Virus record (IMG/VR): IMGVR_UViG_3300027749_003369
Direction: 5' to 3' (one strand)
Length of the DNA: 64,000 nucleotides
Source of the DNA: an uncultured virus (IMG/VR IMGVR_UViG_3300027749_003369)
Lineage: Duplodnaviria; Heunggongvirae; Uroviricota; Caudoviricetes
How positions within the stretch are numbered: the first letter of the stretch is position 1; each line of letters begins with the position of its first letter. Under the pieces are notes generated by a model. That model did no database searches, had not been told where the DNA came from, and saw only the letters and a program-made list of their open reading frames with translations. Of this stretch, positions 17,506-28,348 are shown in pieces. The translations under genes and the position numbers were made by a program.

Positions 17506-18993
17506 ATGCAAGTATCTAAGTTTAGAGACTTTATAAAAGAAGAAAGACAACAGGATGAAAAAGATCCTATTACTGTTGTTATTATTAGTAAATCTTCTCC
17601 TAAAGTAAGACGACAAAAAACAGGTAATAAAAAGACCAAAAAAGAAATTACCGTAAGTTTTGTACAGAAATCTTGTGCTAAAAGAAAAATACCGTGTTAC
17701 GTAATCAATACTAAATTCTCAATCATCACAGATAAAGACGAAGAAAAAAATACATTAACAATTTATAATTATGACGGTGAAGATGGTGAACACACATTCA
17801 TTGGTAAGAATACAGTAGTTATCACAAGAGCAGGTGCTATAGAGGACGAAGCAGGTCTTTCTTTGATATCAGCATTTCAAAATTCTGGTGCGTTTATGTT
17901 AAACACCAGATCAGCAATGTTAACATGCGATAACAAACTAACTTCAGCATTGTTATTTGAAAAGTTTAATATACCAACTCCAAAAACTGCCTTCATATCA
18001 AACGAAAAGAATTTAGATAACGCATTAAAACTAGTAGGTAATAAATTTCCAGTAATTGTAAAAACATTAACAGGCACACAAGGTATTGGTGTAGTTAAAG
18101 TAGATAGTTACGATTCATTAGTATCAGTAGTACAAGCATTGTTTAAACATGATGCTGAATTGTTATTACAAGAATACATGCCAACAGATTCAGATGTAAG
18201 AACATTCGTAGTAGATAATAAAATATTTGCATGTACTAGACGTGTTAAAAAATCTGGCGAATTTAGATCAAACGTTCATAGAGGGGCTATAGCAGAACCA
18301 TATAAACTTTCAGATGAAGAAATAGAAATTGTTTTAAGAACAGCAAGAGCATCAAAAGCATATCTTGTAGGTATAGATCATATAAAATATAAAGGTAAAA
18401 TTTACGTATTAGAAGCAAACGGTTCTCCAGGAACTGGTGCAGATTATGAAGGATATCATTACGAAGATTATATTGATACACCAGATACTACAGGCCCAAT
18501 TAAAGGTAGTCAATTGGTAGATAACGTTATAGAATATATTTCTGATAGAAAACATTGGGATAGACAATCAATTGTAGAAGTAGGTTATTTAGAAACAATA
18601 GAATTATCTACAGTAGGAAAAGTAAGAGCAAAATTAGATACAGGTAATGGTGCAGAAACATGTGCCTTACATGCAGAAGAAGTGGAAGTTGTTGATGGTA
18701 AAGTTGCATGGAAATATAATGGTAAAAAGCATACAAGCAAGTTAGAAGGTTACCATAAAATTTTTAGAGCCAATACAAATGATGGTGAAGGAGAAAAAAG
18801 ACCAGTTGTTAAATTAGATTTAACATTTAATGGATTTACATATAAAGATGTATTGTTTGGTCTTGATGAACGTAAAAGATCAGCGTCAGACGTATTATTA
18901 AACAGAGACATCATTAGAAAAATGAATGCTTCGGTAAATCCAAATAGAGAATTTGTATTAAGTAGAAGAATAAAACCTATTGACAAAAAGTAA
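17506..18993 (+). CDS. RimK-like ATP-grasp ligase fused to a C-terminal RimB-like (retropepsin-fold) protease
   Basis: PVIVK..GTQGIGV, LLQEY, DVR, FRSNVHRG and LEANGSPG; C-terminal AKLDTG...RPVV...VLLNR. Confidence 0.8.
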   Translation: MQVSKFRDFIKEERQQDEKDPITVVIISKSSPKVRRQKTGNKKTKKEITVSFVQKSCAKRKIPCYVINTKFSIITDKDEEKNTLTIYNYDGEDGEHTFIGKNTVVITRAGAIEDEAGLSLISAFQNSGAFMLNTRSAMLTCDNKLTSALLFEKFNIPTPKTAFISNEKNLDNALKLVGNKFPVIVKTLTGTQGIGVVKVDSYDSLVSVVQALFKHDAELLLQEYMPTDSDVRTFVVDNKIFACTRRVKKSGEFRSNVHRGAIAEPYKLSDEEIEIVLRTARASKAYLVGIDHIKYKGKIYVLEANGSPGTGADYEGYHYEDYIDTPDTTGPIKGSQLVDNVIEYISDRKHWDRQSIVEVGYLETIELSTVGKVRAKLDTGNGAETCALHAEEVEVVDGKVAWKYNGKKHTSKLEGYHKIFRANTNDGEGEKRPVVKLDLTFNGFTYKDVLFGLDERKRSASDVLLNRDIIRKMNASVNPNREFVLSRRIKPIDKK

Positions 18994-19017
18994 ATAATAG
19001 TATATAATGATTGTATT

Positions 19018-19329
19018 ATGTCAGAAGTAAAAATCTTTAGATTAAGTACAGGTGAAGATGTTATCGGTCAAAAATCAGAAGATAGCGATTCAAATTTAAC
19101 TAATATAAAACAACCGTTCGTGATTGTACCAATGCAATCAAAACCAGGTGGGCCAGTATCTTTGGCGCTAACACCATACATGCCTTATTCTGAATCTGAA
19201 ACTATCGTGTTAAAAACAAGTAACATTATAACAGAAGTACAACCAAAATTAGAAATCAAAAATTCTTATAATCAGCATTTAGGAACAGGAATAATTCAAG
19301 CAAAGAAACCTAAACTTATTATAGATTGA
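19018..19329 (+). CDS. Conserved hypothetical protein (Sm-like)
   Basis: RLSTGEDVIG; promoter TTGACA(18980)-17-TATAAT. Confidence 0.6.
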   Translation: MSEVKIFRLSTGEDVIGQKSEDSDSNLTNIKQPFVIVPMQSKPGGPVSLALTPYMPYSESETIVLKTSNIITEVQPKLEIKNSYNQHLGTGIIQAKKPKLIID

Positions 19330-19667
19330 TGATTACAGTATATTTTGTTAGAAACGGCCTGAAAATTAGGGTTGAAGTTCCTATTGGCATGACCTTAATG
19401 GAAGCCGCAAAGAAATATAGTAAAATAGATATACGAGAAATAACTGCTGATTGTGGTGGCTCTTGTGCTTGTGGTACTTGTCATGTTATAATAGATGATC
19501 GTTGGATTGGTAAGATTGCACCAATGAATGAAAATTATGCAGAATTGGATATATTAGAATTTGATAAACAATATAAAAAAGGATTGAGTAGATTAGCATG
19601 TCAAATACAATTAACAAAAGAACATGATGGTTTAATCGCTCATTTATTGGATGAAGATATTAGATAA
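19326..19667 (+). CDS. fdx: [2Fe-2S] ferredoxin, adrenodoxin/ISC type
   Basis: CGGSCACGTCHV and SRLACQI. Confidence 0.9.
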   Translation: MMITVYFVRNGLKIRVEVPIGMTLMEAAKKYSKIDIREITADCGGSCACGTCHVIIDDRWIGKIAPMNENYAELDILEFDKQYKKGLSRLACQIQLTKEHDGLIAHLLDEDIR

Positions 19668-22153
19668 TGAACTTTTACAAATCAGTTATAGAACATAGAG
19701 GTAAACTTCTTATTAGAGGTATACATAACGGCAAAGAATATAAAGAACGAATAGACTTTGGGCCTACACTTTATTCATTAACACAACAACAAACAGAATT
19801 TAAAACCTTACAAGATCAGTATTTAAAACCTATTACTTTCAAAACTATAGATGATGCTAGAAAATTTAGGAGAGAAGTAGTTACTGATAATTCTCCTATT
19901 TACGGCCTAGAACGATATCATTATCAATATATTAATAAATTTCATTCTGATAATATAGATTGGGATAAAAAATTTATTAAAATTTTTACATTAGATATAG
20001 AGACTAGTTGCGAAAGCGGTTTTCCAGATGTTCAAAATCCTATAGAAGAAATACTTTGTATTACAGTTAAAAATCAATCTAATAAACAAATATTAACTTG
20101 GGGAACTGGTGAATATAAAACAGATAGAACTGATATAACTTATGTAAGATGTAAGTCTGAAAAAGAATTGATGTTTGAGTTTATGAAGTTTTGGATTAAA
20201 AACTACCCAGATGTTACAACAGGTTGGAATACAAAGTTCTTTGATATACCTTATTTACTTAGTAGAATTATATTAATTGCAGGTGAAAAAGTTGCACAAA
20301 AGATATCGCCTTGGAATTTAATTCAAAAAGAAGAAATATTAGTCAGAGGTAGGCCACAAACAGTTTACAATATATTAGGTATTACAAACTTAGATTACTT
20401 AGACTTATATCAATGGTTTATTCCTACAAGGCAAGAAAGTTATAAGTTAGATTTTATTGGCGAATTAGAACTTGGTCGTGGTAAAGATGAAATGAAACAT
20501 GATACATTTAAAGATTGGTACACAAAAGACTTCCAATCATTTATAGATTATAATATTCAAGACGTTGAAATCGTTGACGCATTAGAAGATAAACTTGGCC
20601 TGATTGACCTATCATTAACTGTTGCTTATGAATCTAAAGTAAACTATGGTGATATCTTTTCACAAGTTCGAGTGTGGGATACCTTAATTGCAAATCATTT
20701 GTTAAGTAAAAATATTTGTATTCCTCCACGTGAAGATAATACTAAGGATGAAAAGTATGAAGGTGCTTATGTAAAAGATCCGATACTTGGCATGCACAAA
20801 TGGGTAGTTTCTTTTGATATCAATTCACTATACCCTCATATTATTATACAGTATAATATTTCACCAGAAAAGATTATTGGTTTAAATTCAGAAGGTATAT
20901 CTGTTAATAAGATGTTAGATAAGTCAACATCTTTAGATTATTTAAAAGATAAGAATGCTTGTATTACACCTAATGGTGCATTATTTAAAAACGATAGTCA
21001 AGGTTTTCTACCAGAGATGATGGAGACAATGTATAATGAACGTGTTATTTTTAAGAATAGAATGTTACTTGCAAAAAAAGAATATGAGAAAACAAAAGAT
21101 CCAAGTTTAGTTAGAGAAATATCACGTTGTCATAATATTCAATGGGCAAGAAAGATCGCCTTAAACTCAGCTTACGGTGCAGTAGGTAATGAATACTTTA
21201 GATATTATGATGTAAGACAGGCCAGTGCCATTACAACAGCAGGCCAATTTATTATTAGATTTATAGAAGAAAAGGTAAATAGTTATTTAAATAAAATATT
21301 ACAGACTGATAATATAGATTATATTGTGGCATCTGATACAGATTCTATCTATGTTACATTAGATAAACTTGTAGAACAAACTTGTAAAGACAAAACAGAA
21401 GATCAAATATGTAATTTTTTAAATAAAGTTGTTGATAGTAGAGTTGAACCATTTTTAAATAAATGTTTTGAAGAACTTGCAGACTATACAAACGCATTTA
21501 AAAACTGTATGGTAATGAAACGAGAAGTAATCGCTAACAAAGGTATTTGGGTTGCAAAGAAAAGATATATGTTAAATGTATTAGATGAAGAAGGCGTTAG
21601 ACTTTCGCAACCTAAATTAAAGATCATGGGTATAGAAGCGGTTAAATCTTCAACGCCACAAGTTTGTAGAGGTAGAATTAAAGAAGCCATTAAAATTATA
21701 ATGAGTAAAGACGAAGATACTTTACAAAAGTTTATTGCTGATTTTAAAAAAGAGTTCTTTACTATGTCGGCTGAACAAATATCTTTTCCAAGATCATGTA
21801 ATAACATGAAAAAATATTACGATAGTAATAATATCTTTATTAAAGGAACACCAATACATGTTAAAGGTGCTTTAATTTATAATTATCAAGTAAAAGAATT
21901 TAAACTTAAAAGTAAATATCCCTTAATACAAGAAGGAGATAAAATCAAGTTTCTTAAACTTGTAGAAGCAAATCCATTTAAGTTTGATGTGATAAGTTAT
22001 ATAACAACCTTACCTAAAGAATTTAATTTACAACAGTATATAGATTATGAAACTCAATTTGAAAAAACATTTTTAGATCCAATGAGATTTATATTACAAT
22101 CTATTGGTTGGTCGCAAGAAAAGAAAGCAAACCTAGAGGCATTTTTTGCATGA
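19667..22153 (+). CDS. 43: Family B DNA polymerase gp43
   Basis: DIET (exo I), SFDINSLYP, KIALNSAYG and SDTDS. Confidence 0.97.
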   Translation: MNFYKSVIEHRGKLLIRGIHNGKEYKERIDFGPTLYSLTQQQTEFKTLQDQYLKPITFKTIDDARKFRREVVTDNSPIYGLERYHYQYINKFHSDNIDWDKKFIKIFTLDIETSCESGFPDVQNPIEEILCITVKNQSNKQILTWGTGEYKTDRTDITYVRCKSEKELMFEFMKFWIKNYPDVTTGWNTKFFDIPYLLSRIILIAGEKVAQKISPWNLIQKEEILVRGRPQTVYNILGITNLDYLDLYQWFIPTRQESYKLDFIGELELGRGKDEMKHDTFKDWYTKDFQSFIDYNIQDVEIVDALEDKLGLIDLSLTVAYESKVNYGDIFSQVRVWDTLIANHLLSKNICIPPREDNTKDEKYEGAYVKDPILGMHKWVVSFDINSLYPHIIIQYNISPEKIIGLNSEGISVNKMLDKSTSLDYLKDKNACITPNGALFKNDSQGFLPEMMETMYNERVIFKNRMLLAKKEYEKTKDPSLVREISRCHNIQWARKIALNSAYGAVGNEYFRYYDVRQASAITTAGQFIIRFIEEKVNSYLNKILQTDNIDYIVASDTDSIYVTLDKLVEQTCKDKTEDQICNFLNKVVDSRVEPFLNKCFEELADYTNAFKNCMVMKREVIANKGIWVAKKRYMLNVLDEEGVRLSQPKLKIMGIEAVKSSTPQVCRGRIKEAIKIIMSKDEDTLQKFIADFKKEFFTMSAEQISFPRSCNNMKKYYDSNNIFIKGTPIHVKGALIYNYQVKEFKLKSKYPLIQEGDKIKFLKLVEANPFKFDVISYITTLPKEFNLQQYIDYETQFEKTFLDPMRFILQSIGWSQEKKANLEAFFA

Positions 22154-23253
22154 AAACTTTAACTAAAGAACAAGCACTATATTGTGTTAAAATATTTAAA
22201 GATTATTTTGGTAGTTTTAATCGTATAGATGATTACATGAGAGATCAAAAACTGGCCTCTATACAAAACATTCCTGCTGGATTACCAGGCATGAGTTTAG
22301 AAGATGACTTGTTTTCCGATTTTGCAATGTCTCCTAATGATATGAAGTTAGAAGTATTAGAAATAGATAATGTAACTTGGGACACTTGTATTAATATGAT
22401 ATCAAGCCATAGTAACATGGTAAGTATTCCTGGTAAAAATTTAAAACTAGCAGTTAAAGAAATGACAACAAATAAATTTGTAGGGTTTATAAGATTGGCA
22501 TCACCAGTTATTAATATGAAACCTAGAAACGAAATGTTAGGTAATGTTCCCGATCTAAGTCATTTTAATAAAACGGCCATTATGGGATTTGTAATAGTAC
22601 CATCTCAACCTTTTGGTTATAATTATCTTGGTGGTAAACTATTGGCAGCTATTTGTTGTAGTCATAAAGTAAGAGACATGATGAATAAGAAGTATGATAT
22701 GAACTTATGTTTATTTGAAACTACAAGTTTGTATGGTAACAGTAAATCATCAAGTCAGTATGATGGTATGAAACCTTATGTTAGATATAAAGGCCTAACT
22801 GATAGTGATTTTATTCCTATGTTACATGGTAAACCTTATGAACAATTAAGAGACTACGTTGAGAAAATAGTAGGCGATCTAGTAAAAGAAGATGCGTCAA
22901 GTAAGAAGTTAAAGTTAACCAATGCAATTATAGGGTTAATAAAACGATCTTTAAAAGATGACAAGACAGAATTGGAAGATTTTAATAAAGTTATCAACAA
23001 CGCAAAAGACTTGACGGAACAGAAAAGATACTATATAAGTCATTATGGTATCAAAAATTATATTGATATAGTAAATGGTAAGACAGATACTATAATTAAA
23101 GATGATACCTATGATAAATTTGAACTAGAAAGTATCATAGAATGGTGGAGAAAGAAAGCGGCCATTCGTTATGAGACTTTAAAGAAAGAAAATAAGATAA
23201 GAAATGAACTTGAACTTTGGACTAAAAATTCTTCAATACAAATTATTCGATAA
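22150..23253 (+). CDS. DUF4338 / DruA-like protein (paralog 2)
   Basis: PFGYNYLGGKLLA and ETTSLYG..SSQYD, shared with ORF 6298; overlaps the gp43 stop (ATGA). Confidence 0.75.
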   Translation: MKTLTKEQALYCVKIFKDYFGSFNRIDDYMRDQKLASIQNIPAGLPGMSLEDDLFSDFAMSPNDMKLEVLEIDNVTWDTCINMISSHSNMVSIPGKNLKLAVKEMTTNKFVGFIRLASPVINMKPRNEMLGNVPDLSHFNKTAIMGFVIVPSQPFGYNYLGGKLLAAICCSHKVRDMMNKKYDMNLCLFETTSLYGNSKSSSQYDGMKPYVRYKGLTDSDFIPMLHGKPYEQLRDYVEKIVGDLVKEDASSKKLKLTNAIIGLIKRSLKDDKTELEDFNKVINNAKDLTEQKRYYISHYGIKNYIDIVNGKTDTIIKDDTYDKFELESIIEWWRKKAAIRYETLKKENKIRNELELWTKNSSIQIIR

Positions 23254-23327
23254 AGATTTATTTTATATAAATAACTTTATATATATTGATGTGATTGTGA
23301 GTAGTTAATTTTAAAATTTATAGAGAG

Positions 23328-23780
23328 ATGGAACAGAATAAACTTTTAATACACAAACATTTAATTATTAGAGCCGAAGTGAAAAACCCACCAAAAAACG
23401 AAGAACAACTAACAAACTGGTTAAAAGACTTTATATCTTTTATTGATATGAAAGTTTTAATGGGACCTTATGTTAAGTATTGTAACACTGAAGGTAACAG
23501 AGGTATTACAGGTGTGGCCGTTATTGAAACAAGTCATATAGCAATGCACGTATGGGACGAGACAGATCCTGGTATTATGCAATTTGACGTTTATAGCTGT
23601 TCAGAATTTGACCCTTATAAGATTGCAGACAAACTACAAGCAGACTTTGATGTAGTTAAATTAGACTATAAGTTCTTAAACCGTGAAACTGAATTGAAAC
23701 CTATTAGATTAAAAAAAGATACTATGAATAAATATGCAAATAATTATATACAAGAGTCCTTCCAATTATCTAATACATAA
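23328..23780 (+). CDS. speD: S-adenosylmethionine decarboxylase (SpeD/SpeH-type pyruvoyl enzyme)
   Basis: GITGVAVIETSHIAMHVW and DVYSC; late promoter TATAAATA at 23266. Confidence 0.85.
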   Translation: MEQNKLLIHKHLIIRAEVKNPPKNEEQLTNWLKDFISFIDMKVLMGPYVKYCNTEGNRGITGVAVIETSHIAMHVWDETDPGIMQFDVYSCSEFDPYKIADKLQADFDVVKLDYKFLNRETELKPIRLKKDTMNKYANNYIQESFQLSNT

Positions 23781-23886
23781 TTTTCCTCCAGAACAGCTTG
23801 ACGAAATACGCCAAGTATGTTATAGTCTAGGAATAAAATATTATATAATTAATTATAGAAAAACAATGGAGAATGTGGATGAGTAA
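23734..23886 (+). CDS. Small hypothetical protein (50 aa, not in ORF track)
   Basis: MQIIIYKSP...ENVDE*; contains the uvsX promoter TTGACG(23798)-17-TATAGT. Confidence 0.4.
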   Translation: MQIIIYKSPSNYLIHNFPPEQLDEIRQVCYSLGIKYYIINYRKTMENVDE

Positions 23887-24901
23887 TTTTTTAAAAGACA
23901 TAATTAAAGATGTAGGTAACGAGTATGCAACATTAGTATCAGATGGTGTTGACAGTGCAGATATAACAAGTTTCATAGATACAGGTTCATATTCTTTTAA
24001 CGCATTATTATCAGGCAGTATTTTTGGTGGTTTACCAAGTAATAAAATTACCGCAATTGCAGGCGAAGCGGCAACAGGTAAAACATTTTTTGCTTTAGGT
24101 ATTTGTAAAAATTTTTTAGATAAGAATAAAGAAGCAGGTGTAATTTATTTTGAATCTGAAAGTGCAATCTCAAAAGAAATGATTATTAGTAGAGGCGTAG
24201 ATGCAACAAGAATGGTAATAGTTCCTGTGGCTACAGTGCAAGAATTTAGAAATCAATCAATAAAAGTATTAGACAAATACTTAGAACAACCAGAAGATAA
24301 AAGAAAACCTTTAATGTTTGTATTAGATAGTTTAGGCATGTTATCTACAACTAAAGAAATGGAAGATACAGCAGAAGGAAAAGAAACACGAGATATGACT
24401 AGAAGTCAAATCGTGAAATCAACATTTAGAGTTTTAACATTGAAACTTGGCAGGGCAAAAGTTCCAATGATAATGACTAACCACACCTATGACGTAATAG
24501 GTTCTATGTACCCACAAAAAGAAATGGGTGGTGGTTCCGGTCTTAAATACGCTGCCTCATCAATCATCTATCTCGGCAAAAGAAAAGAAAAAGATGCCGA
24601 CAACGAAGTGATTGGTAATATTATCCACTGTAAAAACTACAAGTCAAGGTTAACAAAAGAAAATGCTCAAATAGATGTGAGACTAACATATAAAGAAGGA
24701 TTAGATCGTCATTATGGTTTGTTAGAAATTGCAGAAGAAGCAGGCATTTTCAAAAAAGTATCAACAAGATATGAAATGCCAGATGGTACAAAAGTATTTG
24801 GTAAGTCTATCAATGATGAACCTGAAAAGTATTTTACAAAGGAAATATTAAAACAGATAGATGAAACAACAAAGAAAAAATTCCTATACGGAGCAGAGTA
24901 A
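23879..24901 (+). CDS. uvsX: UvsX RecA-like recombinase
   Basis: [16 protein letters not shown] and [12 protein letters not shown]. Confidence 0.95.
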   Translation: MSNFLKDIIKDVGNEYATLVSDGVDSADITSFIDTGSYSFNALLSGSIFGGLPSNKITAIAGEAATGKTFFALGICKNFLDKNKEAGVIYFESESAISKEMIISRGVDATRMVIVPVATVQEFRNQSIKVLDKYLEQPEDKRKPLMFVLDSLGMLSTTKEMEDTAEGKETRDMTRSQIVKSTFRVLTLKLGRAKVPMIMTNHTYDVIGSMYPQKEMGGGSGLKYAASSIIYLGKRKEKDADNEVIGNIIHCKNYKSRLTKENAQIDVRLTYKEGLDRHYGLLEIAEEAGIFKKVSTRYEMPDGTKVFGKSINDEPEKYFTKEILKQIDETTKKKFLYGAE

Positions 24902-25181
24902 TATAAAATATCTCTTTGTACAAAAAGAAGGCGAAGAGCAAACTTATATTAAACTTGTAGAAGAAAAATACTTAGGTATTGTTTACAAGTATGGTAATGT
25001 ACAATTTGCTAGTGAACCTAAAGAAGATGGTACACTACCAATGAGATTTACCTATGAAATTATTAAGAATCCTGATGAAATCAAATTTGATGAACAAGAA
25101 TTTATTAATTACATTGGTGATATATTAGTAGAACTATTAGAAAAACAATTGACAGATGGAAAAGTTGAATTTAAACAATGA
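24861..25181 (+). CDS. gp40-like protein
   Basis: Located between uvsX and gene 41, as gene 40 is in T4; similar size. Confidence 0.45.
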   Translation: MKQQRKNSYTEQSNIKYLFVQKEGEEQTYIKLVEEKYLGIVYKYGNVQFASEPKEDGTLPMRFTYEIIKNPDEIKFDEQEFINYIGDILVELLEKQLTDGKVEFKQ

Positions 25182-26538
25182 ACGAATAGAGATTACAATA
25201 CTACGTAATTTTATATTCAATGAAGCTTTTACAAGAAAAGCCTTACCTTTTTGTAAAGAAGATTACTTTGCAAATCGTTCTGAAAGAATATTGTTTAGAG
25301 AAATAGATACATTTGTAAACAAATATAAAAACATTCCAACAAAAGAAGCATTACTTATAGAACTGGGTCAGAGAAAAGATATTAATGAAGATGAATTTAA
25401 ATCTATAAAAGAATTACTATTATCTATCAGTGAAGAAAAGGTAGACTTACAATGGTTGTTTGATACTACAGAAAAATTTTGTAAAGATAGAGCAGTACAT
25501 AATGCAGTATTAACTGGTATTAAAATATTAGATAAAAAAGATCCTAGACTTACACCAGAGGCAATACCTGGTATTCTTGCAGACGCATTGGCCGTTTCTT
25601 TTGATAACCATATAGGGCATGATTACATAGAAGATGCAACTAGAAGATTTGATTTCTATCATACTAAAGAAAAGAAATATGAATTTGATTTATCTTATAT
25701 GAATCGTATTACTAAAGGCGGCGTACCACCTAAAACTTTAAACATTGCATTGGCAGGTACTGGTGTTGGTAAATCTTTATTCATGTGTCATTGTGCATCC
25801 AGTTTCTTAACACAAGGTTTAAATGTATTATACATTACAATGGAGATGTCAGAAGAAAGAATTGCTGAACGTATTGATGCCAATTTACTAGATGTAAACA
25901 TGGACGACCTACACAGCATGCCTAGACAAATCTATGATGATAAGATTACTAAGATCAGAAACAAGACTGCTGGTAAATTAATTATAAAAGAATATCCAAC
26001 AGCATCAGCACACGCTGGCCATTTTAGAGCATTATTAAACGAACTTGCATTGAAGAAATCTTTTAGACCTAATGTTATCTTTATTGATTATTTAAATATA
26101 TGTTCTAGTAGTAGATTTAAAGGCGGAAATATATCATCATACTTCTTTATTAAAGCCATTGCAGAAGAATTAAGAGGATTGGCCGTAGAGTTTAATGTGC
26201 CAATCTTTAGTGCAACACAAACAACAAGAACAGGATTTGTAAGTACAGATATCGGATTAGAAGATACTTCAGAATCGTTTGGTCTTCCAGCAACTGCCGA
26301 TTTTATGTTTGCATTAATATCAAACGAAGAATTAGAAGCATTAGGCCAAATGAAGATTAAACAATTAAAGAATAGATATAATGATCCATCTATTAACCGT
26401 TCTTTTATAGTAGGTGTAGATAGAGCAAAGATGAAATTATATGATGTGTCCGTTAATGCACAAAATATAGTAGATAGCAACCAAAGGGAACCGACAGTTA
26501 AAACAAGTTATGATAAATTCTCGGACTTCAAAATATGA
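25156..26538 (+). CDS. 41: Replicative helicase gp41
   Basis: AGTGVGKS, IDYLNI, SESFGLPATAD and QLKNRY. Confidence 0.95.
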   Translation: MEKLNLNNERIEITILRNFIFNEAFTRKALPFCKEDYFANRSERILFREIDTFVNKYKNIPTKEALLIELGQRKDINEDEFKSIKELLLSISEEKVDLQWLFDTTEKFCKDRAVHNAVLTGIKILDKKDPRLTPEAIPGILADALAVSFDNHIGHDYIEDATRRFDFYHTKEKKYEFDLSYMNRITKGGVPPKTLNIALAGTGVGKSLFMCHCASSFLTQGLNVLYITMEMSEERIAERIDANLLDVNMDDLHSMPRQIYDDKITKIRNKTAGKLIIKEYPTASAHAGHFRALLNELALKKSFRPNVIFIDYLNICSSSRFKGGNISSYFFIKAIAEELRGLAVEFNVPIFSATQTTRTGFVSTDIGLEDTSESFGLPATADFMFALISNEELEALGQMKIKQLKNRYNDPSINRSFIVGVDRAKMKLYDVSVNAQNIVDSNQREPTVKTSYDKFSDFKI

Positions 26539-26792
26539 AAAGACAAAAAGTAAAGTTTCACAAGAGTGATAAGAGACCTGGTTTTCTAAGCGAAACATTA
26601 TCTTATGAAAAGAAAATGGTTAAAAAAGGCAGAAGTATATTTTGGCAAGTTATTGAAAAACCAACAGGCACTATAGTAAAACAATCATTCTTTGAAGAAG
26701 ATATAGAAGATTTAGTTAAGTTTCAAAATGAACACCGTCAATGGCAACGTAACGGTGGTATACCTAAATTTCTTTGCGACAATATTAAATAG
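26535..26792 (+). CDS. Hypothetical protein
   Basis: ORF coupled to gene 41. Confidence 0.5.
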   Translation: MKRQKVKFHKSDKRPGFLSETLSYEKKMVKKGRSIFWQVIEKPTGTIVKQSFFEEDIEDLVKFQNEHRQWQRNGGIPKFLCDNIK

Positions 26793-26827
26793 TTGACACT
26801 TTCTTATAAATATTGTAAAAGAGAGAT

Positions 26828-28249
26828 ATGTCATTTAATATAGACAAACATTCAGAATTAATAAGCCGTTTACCAAGCGAATTAAAAACCAACATAACAT
26901 CATTAATTAAAATGATGAAAGAAGGAAGTTTTTTTGCTGATGATAGTCCTATTAATAGAGGTTCAACATATCAAATAAAAGTATCTAAAGAAAATTTTGA
27001 TAAGATACAAACAACAATCAAAACAAAATTTAAAGGCATTATTAAATTAGGTGCCAAAAGACAAGCAGATTTTTTAGTTAATAATTATAGAATTAGATTT
27101 ATTGAAACAGGTAAGAAATCAGTAGGTCAATTAGATGCAGTTGCTACAGGTAAACAAGAAAGAGCATCTTTATGGATTATAAAAAGAGTATTAAAAGATA
27201 AAAGAAAATACACAACAGCAAATGATATTAGAAAAGATCCAAAATATAAAGAACTAGTTAGTATCTATCCTGAAGTTGATGATGATCCTGAATGGTTAGA
27301 TAACTTCTATGCACAACAAAAAAAAATGTTAGAAATATTTAGAAATATTAATTTCACAGAATATAATAGAGATGGTGGTTTTATGGATTACATTTCTAAA
27401 ATAATTAAAGATAAATTTAAGATTGCTAAAAAAGATAGTTGGAATCCAGCAGATATATGGTTAATTCAAAATGAACAACAAGTAAGAAATTCTATTAATG
27501 AAGCATTAGAAAGCAAAACATCATCTATATCAAAATTAAATGATATAATGAAAAATCTATTTGAAAAAAGAAAAGTAGTTGGTGTATCTTTAAAAAAAGT
27601 TTCAGGTAAAGAAGCCAGATGGGAAGAATTAAATACTAAAGATGCTCTAATGAAACAAGATAAGTTTACAATGTCTTTAAACAAATCTGTTATAAACTTT
27701 ACAAACAAAAAAGATGGTACATTAATTTCAGCTGATTGTAGAATAATAATTAAAGATAAAGATGATGAAGTAGAATTTCAGATTAGACAAAATGGTAAAG
27801 GATTTATGCAGAATTTAAAATTTGACGGTAAAAGAAAGAAATCGGGTGCTGCTCGTATAGGTAAAGTACCAGTTGATTTGATGACTACATTGTTTAGAGA
27901 GAATGGAATAGGCAGTAGTAATTTATCTTATGTTAATAACCATACTTTATATCCTAAATCTTTAGACGCATTTAAAAAAGTGGCCAAAAGATATGAAGCC
28001 AAATTTAATTTTATAAGATCAAAGGTACAAACAGATACATCAACAGTTAATTTTATTAAGAACATGATATCATCATATAATTCAGATGATTTAAAAAATG
28101 GTGTATCGCATACCAAACTAATGGAACTAGACTTTTTATTCTGTATCTATTCATTACCAGAGAAAAAAAGAAATAAGATGTTAACGGATATGGTCTATCT
28201 AGCTGAAAAAAGAGGTTCTCAGTTTGGTCCTTTTGGTAAATTATACTAA
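26828..28249 (+). CDS. Late protein, possible PD-(D/E)XK-fold nuclease
   Basis: QE..S, WNPADIW and GVSLKK motifs; TATAAATA at 26805. Confidence 0.5.
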   Translation: MSFNIDKHSELISRLPSELKTNITSLIKMMKEGSFFADDSPINRGSTYQIKVSKENFDKIQTTIKTKFKGIIKLGAKRQADFLVNNYRIRFIETGKKSVGQLDAVATGKQERASLWIIKRVLKDKRKYTTANDIRKDPKYKELVSIYPEVDDDPEWLDNFYAQQKKMLEIFRNINFTEYNRDGGFMDYISKIIKDKFKIAKKDSWNPADIWLIQNEQQVRNSINEALESKTSSISKLNDIMKNLFEKRKVVGVSLKKVSGKEARWEELNTKDALMKQDKFTMSLNKSVINFTNKKDGTLISADCRIIIKDKDDEVEFQIRQNGKGFMQNLKFDGKRKKSGAARIGKVPVDLMTTLFRENGIGSSNLSYVNNHTLYPKSLDAFKKVAKRYEAKFNFIRSKVQTDTSTVNFIKNMISSYNSDDLKNGVSHTKLMELDFLFCIYSLPEKKRNKMLTDMVYLAEKRGSQFGPFGKLY

Positions 28250-28348
28250 AATCTTGACATTAACCTAAAGATGTGATATAGTATAAATAATAGTATTGAT
28301 ATAGTTTATTGTAAGTTTGATTTTGTTTATGGGAACAATGAGAGAGAA

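Noticed and set aside
6298..23253. Complete Druantia defence system
   Set aside because: Only DruA-like genes are present; no DruE helicase or partner genes in the window
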